Shown here piece after piece: positions 57,101-64,000 of a DNA stretch of 64,000 nucleotides. The DNA lies in IMG/VR virus record IMGVR_UViG_3300028284_000004, positions 3,304 to 67,303 of that record. One strand, written 5' to 3'. The translations under genes and the position numbers were made by a program. The stretch is from a virus. The notes under the pieces were generated by a model that worked only from the letters and a program-made list of their open reading frames with translations, did no database searches and had not been told where the DNA came from. Positions within the stretch are counted from its first letter, which is position 1. The number at the start of each line of letters is the position of its first letter.

Positions 57101-59459
57101 TTCAATCTATGATCAGTTTGTAGCTCTTGCTGAAGCCGATGGCATCCTTGGTACCGTATGGAATGAGTGGGAACAGAACTGGACTGGCACTTCTGTTGCA
57201 TCTGTAACTACTGACAGATTAAATGTCGGTGGAGCTGAAGGTTCTAGATTGACCGGTACGCGAAAAGGCGGTGGTCGCGCTGTTGTAAATAAGGTTGTAA
57301 CTACTACTAACTTTACTGGTGAGTCTACGAGATCTGGTTTAAGAACAGAAGTTACTTCTGATATCCAATATAAAGAAATTGGTAACTATATCGTCGAAGT
57401 TAACTTTATCCCATTCATGAGATCAAGAGAAGTATTCTTTAAAGCTGAATTACTTAAGCCTAATACTCGTGTTTGGCCATTCTTTAATGGAACTGATATT
57501 TCAAATTATGCTAAACAAAAGACCTTTGTTGAGTTTACTGATGGTGCAGCCTTTGATACCTATGAGGGAACTACTGTTCACCCTGACGGATCATCTAGTT
57601 TGATTACTGATGCATCTGGTAAGGTTGAGGGATCATTTATTATCCCAAGGAACTCTGTGCTTAAGTTTAAGACTGGTAATCGTGAATTTAAACTTACGGA
57701 TTCTAATACTAATGTCGATGATGATTCATCTACTAAGGCTTCTGGAAACTTCCATGCTCAAGGTATTCTTGAGACCGTACAGAAAACGATTGTTGCTACT
57801 AAAGTTCCTAGACTTTCAAGAACTCAGGTTACTGATAGTACTACTATTACAAAGACTGAACGCACTACTCGACATGATCTTGTTAAGTACTATGATCCAT
57901 TGGCCGAAACCTTCGTAATTAAAACTAAGGGCGGAGTATTTACTACTGCACTGGACCTCTTCTTTGAAGGAAAACCTGCGGCTGGTGGTGTACCGGTTTT
58001 GGTATCTATTCGTGAAGTTGAAAACGGTACTCCGACCCAAAGAGAGATTCCTGGAGCCTCTGCTGTCGTATATCCGGCATCAATCACTACATCGACTGAT
58101 GCATCGGTTGCTACTACTATCAACTGGCAATATCCTGTATATTTACAAGAAGGTGTAGAATACGCAATGGTCCTCATTAGTAACTCTGACAAATATAAAG
58201 TATTTGTTGCTGAGACTGGTGGATTTGACCTTACTAATACTACATACAGAATTATTAAACAACCATTTGATGGCGTGTTCTTTACTTCTGCTAATGCCTC
58301 TACCTGGACTCCGGAGCAAACTAAAGATCTTAAGTTTAAACTGAAAAGAGCTTCATTTACTGGATCTTCTGCTGAGATTAACTTGACTAATGATATCATT
58401 CCGGCTCGTAGATTATCGGCTGATCCGTTTGAATTCGTTGCTAATCCTTCGGCTACAACTTGTAAGATTAAGGTTATTCATAGAAACCATGGTATGTACA
58501 ATCCTGATAACTCTACAAGTGAGCACTCTGTCACAATTAGTGGAGCTACAGGAACAATCAATGGTGTTGCATCTTCATTGATTAATGGTACTCATACGAT
58601 TAGTGAAACTGAACTTGATTCATACCACATCGTGATTGGTTCAGTAGGAACTCCAGCACAAGCAACTACATTAAACGTACGAGCTGGTGGAGTGTCTATT
58701 AGAGCTACTGAGAACCAAATTTATAACGTATTGAACGTGAATGCTTCAACCTTAGAGTTCACTGGTCAAACTATTGATTACTTCCTTAGTGCAAGAACTG
58801 GTGGATGTACAGATCCTTCTTCGAATGTTGTTAACTATAATAACGTTAGTGAGCAAGCAATCTTGGCTAACTCTAATGTGTATACTCCAGTCCCATATGT
58901 TATTGCATCTGGAACAAATGAAACGGCTAGAAGTATTGGTAAGTCATTCAATCTAAGATGTGTACTGAATAATGGCGGTATTGAAAACCTATCTCCTGTA
59001 ATTGATTTAAATAGGACTTCAGCAATTACTGTTATGAATAGAGTTAATGATGCGACTGGTAATAGTGCTCAATATAGTGCACGCGGAACATTAGTTGCTG
59101 AAACTGCTGCCCAAAGTACTAGTAATAAAGCTAAATATATAACTAAGAAAATTCAGTTGAACGAAGAAGCTGATCTAATTGATGTGTACATTAATGCTAA
59201 CAAGCCTGATGGTGCAAACATTGATGTTTACTATAAAGTGACTGATGACAGTGCTAGTGACTTTGACTTGATTGGTTGGACTTTAGCAACATCTGATAAA
59301 GTTATTCCTACGAATAACAACGGTGTTTATTCTGATGTTCATTATGCGATTTCTCCTGGACTATCATTTGATGCATTTGCTATAAAGATAGTATTGAGAT
59401 CAAGAAATAGTTCAAGCGTTTCAACTGTTAAAGACTTTAGAGCTATTGCGACTATTTAA
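54198..59459 (+). CDS. large virion structural protein (DUF4815/VrlC-like)
   Basis: PYYDDFD, QARELTQ.Q, APGAHR, NKRYTMRDIG.L..RI..LEYYTSL, DPLAETF. Confidence 0.85.
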   Translation: MTISKVKKYNVAPYYDDFDETKNYLRIQFRPGVSVQARELTQMQTALQAQIDKLGQYNFQDGSRAVGGKVTLDINYAYIKLEDTVSAYASEFLGTTITGATNGVQAEVLKVVAATASDPATLYVKYISTGTDNATKIFVAGETITSDADIVRTGTIGGGVSSTILNPIGEGSAIHVEEGVYFISGNFVYVPAETLILDKYINTPSYIVGFSITESIVTSATDVSLVDNALGTPNESAPGAHRYSISTTLIKEPLSLASRTVDNYILLMTIENGVIRKLDTDKLDTELTARLARRTLEESGNYALGPFILDIKEHLNDEAGNNGYLTAAQGGNATKIAIGIDPEIAYVEGYRVQKISTEHVELDKPRSTSDKKQVTGVSTSTGFGNYVKLTLASTIGIPDVNDFTSLELKNTGGTVIGTARARGFEYDSFAPAHFRLYLFDISMNVGQVFASVAKAAQTATGFSADLLNVGTRFDAGNNQLVYKLPAEAIETLTNGNDHSADYVVRIKRTGSTISSGSSNFTMPSGTQLNDDDDIVLFASGTTINIADSQVSGVGTSTVTITGLGTYNGDTPVAVFNIKKTNVLPRSKTLRSAVTSTISYSPGTNTYNLGRYDILNVTSIVDSNGTDVTSNFIVDNGQRTSYYENGSVTLIGGATLPTGNFVVTFDHFEHNQGDYFSVDSYPDYDNIPTFSTPEGTVELRDCIDFRPTKAEAGATTGSEFSSGDNASRGDMIQPVGLVSTDITFYMPRIDKIFLSKDGTYKVIKGAAATVPQEPENISEALHLYTIRINPYVFDVGDIIPINVDNKRYTMRDIGKLDKRIKTLEYYTSLSLLEKSAQDAQLYDGAGALRFKNGFVVDGFYGHNVGDGSHPDYGVSIDKSAGILRPQFDERDVNLIRKVGDTGTAVKSASGGIITLPYTTVTEIDQPYSSYAEFVNPYNVVIWEGIVQLSPESDNWKEVDQRPDIIIDDNSIYDQFVALAEADGILGTVWNEWEQNWTGTSVASVTTDRLNVGGAEGSRLTGTRKGGGRAVVNKVVTTTNFTGESTRSGLRTEVTSDIQYKEIGNYIVEVNFIPFMRSREVFFKAELLKPNTRVWPFFNGTDISNYAKQKTFVEFTDGAAFDTYEGTTVHPDGSSSLITDASGKVEGSFIIPRNSVLKFKTGNREFKLTDSNTNVDDDSSTKASGNFHAQGILETVQKTIVATKVPRLSRTQVTDSTTITKTERTTRHDLVKYYDPLAETFVIKTKGGVFTTALDLFFEGKPAAGGVPVLVSIREVENGTPTQREIPGASAVVYPASITTSTDASVATTINWQYPVYLQEGVEYAMVLISNSDKYKVFVAETGGFDLTNTTYRIIKQPFDGVFFTSANASTWTPEQTKDLKFKLKRASFTGSSAEINLTNDIIPARRLSADPFEFVANPSATTCKIKVIHRNHGMYNPDNSTSEHSVTISGATGTINGVASSLINGTHTISETELDSYHIVIGSVGTPAQATTLNVRAGGVSIRATENQIYNVLNVNASTLEFTGQTIDYFLSARTGGCTDPSSNVVNYNNVSEQAILANSNVYTPVPYVIASGTNETARSIGKSFNLRCVLNNGGIENLSPVIDLNRTSAITVMNRVNDATGNSAQYSARGTLVAETAAQSTSNKAKYITKKIQLNEEADLIDVYINANKPDGANIDVYYKVTDDSASDFDLIGWTLATSDKVIPTNNNGVYSDVHYAISPGLSFDAFAIKIVLRSRNSSSVSTVKDFRAIATI

Positions 59460-59662
59460 TGAAACATATACAAATTAAAGATAATATAGACCTTCAAAGG
59501 GATTTGTCGTCTAAAGCTGTTATAAATAATAATAGATCTGCTTATGAAGCACGGTTAAAACAAAAAGAGATTAATGCATCTAAAGATAGAGAAATTGAAA
59601 ACATTAAAAGCGATATCTCTGAAATTAAAAGCATGTTAAAACAAATTATTGGTGGAATGTAA
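59459..59662 (+). CDS. small conserved hypothetical protein
   Basis: L.RD..S.A.IN..Y..I..IK.DI.EIK.ML. Confidence 0.7.
   Translation: MKHIQIKDNIDLQRDLSSKAVINNNRSAYEARLKQKEINASKDREIENIKSDISEIKSMLKQIIGGM
59521..59528 (+). promoter_or_regulatory. possible late promoter
   Basis: TATAAATA upstream of the fibre gene. Confidence 0.55.
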
Positions 59663-62600
59663 ATGGCTCATACAAAAGAAACTACAGTACTTAGAGGTAA
59701 TACCTTAGAGCAATGGAGACAACGTACAAATAAGATCTCTTATGATCTAGGTGCGGTGAATGAACTGCATTCAGATTTTACTGATAGTATTTTAAACTTT
59801 ACTGCAACTGCAGATCAAACTAATTTTTACGATGCTGGCTTATCAATTGGCTTAGCTGCTGAAGTAACTTTAGATAATACCGCAGGGTCTATTATTCTGG
59901 CCGGCGATCATACTGCACTAGATGCTTCAATTGTAGCTGGCGAAAAGCTTTTCCAAGGTATCCTAGCTGCGAAAACCTGGGAAGCAACCATTGTAGCTGT
60001 TACTGATAGAAAAATCTTAGTTACTCAATCCACCGGCGTGTTCGATGCTGCTGAAGAATTAGTACTTACTAGCGATACTAATGTTACTATTGCTGCCTCT
60101 AATATCTCTTCTCTTATAGCCGAATCTTATGAAGTTGGATATGTAGAACTATATACGAATGGAGTTGAACGTGCACAGGCTTTAACTACTGTTGGATTTC
60201 ACCTTCCTCCTTATGTTTCAAGAATCAACCTGACTGGAAGCCCTACAGTTCCAGCATCCTTCGTTGAAGGCGCTACAATTTATCAGGGGACACTTGGATC
60301 TGAAACATTTATTGGTAAAATACTATATGTTGAAGGCAGTACTGCCATCCATATTAAATCAGTAACTTCGGGATCCTTTAGTACTTCTGTAATGGTTAAG
60401 GTTGGAAGCGGCGATACAAATAATCGTGTCCTTGCTGCTAACTTGGACACTTATTCTACCATTGACCAAGATCATGCTAGTATGATTGAACTACATTCAC
60501 CTGCTGATGCTGGTGATATTATTAAGCTTGCCTATTATAATACTATAAGAGCTTTAAATGAGCTAGCAGATGATATTGGTACTATTGAAAGTCTTACGAC
60601 TACTGCAACAAATCTTGTTGCTGGCGTAAATGAGCTTGATGCTGAAATCGGTAATACTACTGAATTCTCTTCAGTATCAACAACAAATGATACCGTATCT
60701 ACTGCAATCCAGAAATTACATACCGAAATCGGTGATATCACTGCAATTGATGCATTGGTAACAAATGATACTTCTCTTGTCGAAGCTTTGAATGAGCTCC
60801 AAGGGGATATTGGTAATAAGAGTTCACTTACTACTGCTGCTAAGGGTTCACTTGTTGCTGCAGTGAATGAACACGAAACTGATATCGGTAATATGACATT
60901 TACTGGTCTAGATGCTCTAGACGTCTCGGCTGCCATTCGTGAATTAAGAATTGATATCGGTGACGTTACTGCTGCCAATATGGGTACTACTGCGTCAAAC
61001 TTAACTGGCGCAATGCTTGAATTAGAAACCGAAATTGATACTCTGAATACTAGAGTTGAACCCACTCAAGCCTTCCATGCTAACTTTGGTTCTGATACTA
61101 TCATGGATGGTATCAATGAATTGATGACAGACCTCGGTGATGTTACTGCTGCCAATATGGGTACTACTGCTGCTACAGTCGTTGGAGCAATGCTAGAGCT
61201 TGAGACTGAAATCGATACACTAAACACCTATACCGGTGTTTCAACAGTCCTAAATACTACAGCTGAAGACCTCGCAGCTGCAATCAATGAGCACGAAACT
61301 GATATCGGTAATATGACATTTACTGGCCTAGATGCTAATAATATTTCAGCAGCAATCAGGGAATTGAGAGTTGATCTTGGTGATGTTACTGATGCCAACA
61401 TGGGTACTACTGCTGATACGGTCGTTGGAGCAATGCTTGAACTAGAGACTGAAATTGATACTTTGAATACTCGCGTAGAGCCTGCTCAAGCGTTTAATGC
61501 TTGGTTTGATTCTGATACTATTATGGATGGTATTAACGAACTAGCCACTGAAAAATTAAACCTAGCCTCGAGTACTACTCAGACAATTAACTCTGACGTC
61601 CAAATGACAACCGGTAATGTCTTTACCATTCCATCCGGTGCTACCCTTGATATTGATGGTACATTGCTAATTGGTGGTGGTGCAGGTTCTACTCTAAGCT
61701 TTGATACTGCATTTATTGAGCTCGCTTCAACCGCATCGCTCGAAGGCATTGAAGTTGATCGATCTAAAATTACTGGTGTTGCAGTAGCAACCGCGGTTAA
61801 ATCTAAGCTACAATGGAATGAAGGTAAAGTCGGAACTGGTGCATCAAATACCTCGCATAGAGGATGGCAACTTGTAGGTCTTACTAACGAGTCTACTCCT
61901 GTAGCTTCTACTGCTGATGTTGTAACTTTCTATAATGCCAAAGATCTTGTTTCGAATAATACCGAAACTAATATGACAGTTACTTGGGATTCTGCAAATC
62001 AAAACTTTGATTTTGCTATCAACCCTTCTATTTCTATTACTAACGTAACTGCTTCTGCCACACTTACTGGTGGTCATGTTGCTACTGGAACTATGGCAAC
62101 TACTGGCAATGTTACTATTGGTGGTAACCTTACTGTTAACGGTACTGCGACATATATTAATACCGAAACTCTAACAGTAGATGATAATATTATTGTCCTA
62201 AATGATAATGTTACTGCTACTCCTACAGAGAATGCTGGTGTTGAGATTGAACGTGGTACTGGAACGAATGTTTCATTACTATGGAACGAAGCAAGCGACC
62301 GTTGGACATTTACAAATAACGGTAGTACCTTTTATAACATCCCGGTTCCTTCTGAATACGATAATTACGTAGCATGGACAATAGTTGATGGTGATGGTAG
62401 CTCATATGCTATTACTTCTGGCGATGCATTAACAATTGCTGAAGGCAATGGTATTGATTCGAACTTTAGTGCTGATGATGTATTAACTATTACCAACACA
62501 AAACCATTCGATAGTATCGGTATTGTTGATGATGATGGTACTACAGTTAATATGTCAAATGGTAATACCTGGAAGATGAATGAAGATGCTGGCTCTGGTA

Positions 62601-64000
62601 TTAGTATGAATATTAATCATACTGACATAACCGGCCCTGCTTATGGAACAACCTTTAGTATTACTAATACTGATAGAGGTTCTTCTCAGAATATCTTTAA
62701 GACCTTTACTGTTGATGATACTGATACTGAATACAACTGGTCTGCTACCGGTTCGATTGTAGCAGATAATAATGCTGATACTGCAAAATTTGTTAGTGGT
62801 AACGCAATCAATATTGATGTTGATCCTGGGAACGATGCTATTAGAGTATCACACGTCGACACTTCTACTTTAAGTGGAACTTATGGCGGTAATAACAATG
62901 GTGTAGTAGTTGAAGATATTACCGTGGATTCGAATGGCCACGTTACGGCGGTTGGAACCCGCGACCTCGACGGCCGATATGACAATTATTCTAATTGGTC
63001 ATTGTTTGTCGACGGTGTTGATAAAGATAACGTCACAAGCGGAGAGAAAGTCGACTTTAAAGCAACTGCTCCTTTGAGTGTTGCTCATACAGTTTCGAGC
63101 GGTAATGTTCTTACCTTTACTCATGATGATTCTGGAGTTACTGCCGCGACTTATGGTACTACTGGTGCTGAAGACGGTAGATACATTAAAGGTATTACTG
63201 TTAATGCGAAAGGTCACATTACTGCAATTGCCGCTGATGACTTTGATGATCGATATAACAACTATTCTCACCCTAATCATAGTGGTGATGTAACATCTGT
63301 TGGTGATGGTTCAACTACTATCGGCAATAATAAAGTTACCTTTGCTAAGATGCAGGATATTGCTAGTCAAACATTTATTGGTAGAAATACCGCAAATGCT
63401 GGAGACCCACAATCATTAACTGCAGCTACTGCTAGAACTATTTTGAATGTTGAAGATGGTGCTAATAATTATAAATTTAAGGTCTCTGCAGACGGTACGG
63501 CTGGTACTTCTGATATTACTAATGGTAATACCTTAGCATTTACTGGTGGAACATCGATCGATGCCACAAGAGTTGGTGATACTATTACTATCGCACATAG
63601 CGATACTTCGTCTGTTGCGGATCTAGCATCGGATAATTCTGGTAATACATTTATCCAAGATATTGGCTTCACCTTCGATACTCATGGTCACGTAACTGGA
63701 GCTACGGCTTCAACCGGAACTGTGTCAGTTGCAGGTTGGACATTAGACGGTGGCCTCGTATCTGGGACGAATTCAGATGCTCCTAATATTGCCAACAACG
63801 GTGTACTTCTTATTGATGAACTTAATACTGGTATTGTACTTGATGTTCATGATCCTGGTACTGGTAGTGGTGTATTAAAAATTGGTCATGCCGATACTTC
63901 AAGTCAGGCATCAGTAAATAATAGTGGTAGAACTTATATTCAAGATATTACTCTTGATACATTTGGTCATATCACTGCTATTACTTCTGCGACTGAAACT
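59663..64000 (+). CDS. giant tail fibre / fibritin-like protein, 3' truncated (over 1400 aa)
   Basis: ATG at 59663 (MAHTKETTVLRGNTLEQWRQRTN..); frame runs off the window, explaining its absence from the ORF track; IG....T...L..A.NE coiled-coil repeats and T.D..GH.T fibre repeats. Confidence 0.8.
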   Translation, partial: MAHTKETTVLRGNTLEQWRQRTNKISYDLGAVNELHSDFTDSILNFTATADQTNFYDAGLSIGLAAEVTLDNTAGSIILAGDHTALDASIVAGEKLFQGILAAKTWEATIVAVTDRKILVTQSTGVFDAAEELVLTSDTNVTIAASNISSLIAESYEVGYVELYTNGVERAQALTTVGFHLPPYVSRINLTGSPTVPASFVEGATIYQGTLGSETFIGKILYVEGSTAIHIKSVTSGSFSTSVMVKVGSGDTNNRVLAANLDTYSTIDQDHASMIELHSPADAGDIIKLAYYNTIRALNELADDIGTIESLTTTATNLVAGVNELDAEIGNTTEFSSVSTTNDTVSTAIQKLHTEIGDITAIDALVTNDTSLVEALNELQGDIGNKSSLTTAAKGSLVAAVNEHETDIGNMTFTGLDALDVSAAIRELRIDIGDVTAANMGTTASNLTGAMLELETEIDTLNTRVEPTQAFHANFGSDTIMDGINELMTDLGDVTAANMGTTAATVVGAMLELETEIDTLNTYTGVSTVLNTTAEDLAAAINEHETDIGNMTFTGLDANNISAAIRELRVDLGDVTDANMGTTADTVVGAMLELETEIDTLNTRVEPAQAFNAWFDSDTIMDGINELATEKLNLASSTTQTINSDVQMTTGNVFTIPSGATLDIDGTLLIGGGAGSTLSFDTAFIELASTASLEGIEVDRSKITGVAVATAVKSKLQWNEGKVGTGASNTSHRGWQLVGLTNESTPVASTADVVTFYNAKDLVSNNTETNMTVTWDSANQNFDFAINPSISITNVTASATLTGGHVATGTMATTGNVTIGGNLTVNGTATYINTETLTVDDNIIVLNDNVTATPTENAGVEIERGTGTNVSLLWNEASDRWTFTNNGSTFYNIPVPSEYDNYVAWTIVDGDGSSYAITSGDALTIAEGNGIDSNFSADDVLTITNTKPFDSIGIVDDDGTTVNMSNGNTWKMNEDAGSGISMNINHTDITGPAYGTTFSITNTDRGSSQNIFKTFTVDDTDTEYNWSATGSIVADNNADTAKFVSGNAINIDVDPGNDAIRVSHVDTSTLSGTYGGNNNGVVVEDITVDSNGHVTAVGTRDLDGRYDNYSNWSLFVDGVDKDNVTSGEKVDFKATAPLSVAHTVSSGNVLTFTHDDSGVTAATYGTTGAEDGRYIKGITVNAKGHITAIAADDFDDRYNNYSHPNHSGDVTSVGDGSTTIGNNKVTFAKMQDIASQTFIGRNTANAGDPQSLTAATARTILNVEDGANNYKFKVSADGTAGTSDITNGNTLAFTGGTSIDATRVGDTITIAHSDTSSVADLASDNSGNTFIQDIGFTFDTHGHVTGATASTGTVSVAGWTLDGGLVSGTNSDAPNIANNGVLLIDELNTGIVLDVHDPGTGSGVLKIGHADTSSQASVNNSGRTYIQDITLDTFGHITAITSATET
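60866..61540 (+). repeat. internal tandem duplication in the fibre gene (420-bp period)
   Basis: Near-identical blocks at 60866/61286 and 61091/61511; GDVT.ANMGTTA sub-repeat at 60959, 61136 and 61379. Confidence 0.85.

Overview
A 64-kb segment of a large, AT-rich T4-like myophage genome read in the standard genetic code. The spanins, secreted proteins and an outer-membrane protein point to a Gram-negative host. The gene content resembles aquatic T4-like phages (inference); no photosynthesis genes lie in this window. Layout: (1) 0.4-12 kb, a late-promoter block of probable head-internal proteins and enzymes with T4-style capsid-targeting N-termini, followed by spanins and a lipase; (2) 12-28.8 kb, nucleotide and auxiliary metabolism (nrdA, nrdB, glutaredoxin, denA-like nuclease, rnh, phoH, glyA, HAD phosphatase, 2OG-Fe(II) oxygenase, glycosyltransferase, tRNA-Arg, dsbA) among many small early genes; (3) 28.9-32.6 kb, lysozyme plus a six-gene exported/membrane protein cassette with pilin-like and chaperone-like members; (4) 32.7-40 kb, variable early genes, peroxiredoxin and genes 33-59-32; (5) 40-64 kb, tail and baseplate genes (29-like, 51/26, 54, 2, 4, 48, 53, 27, 5, 25, 6, 7, 8, a large structural protein and a truncated giant fibre). 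Top leads: the putative virion-packaged nuclease/ligase/nucleotidyltransferase/kinase module, the usher-less pilus-like envelope cassette, a likely -1 programmed frameshift fusing gp26 to gp51 upstream of the tape measure gene, and a 54-bp palindromic direct repeat flanking an early-gene cassette. Family names are from motif recognition by eye; no database search was run.
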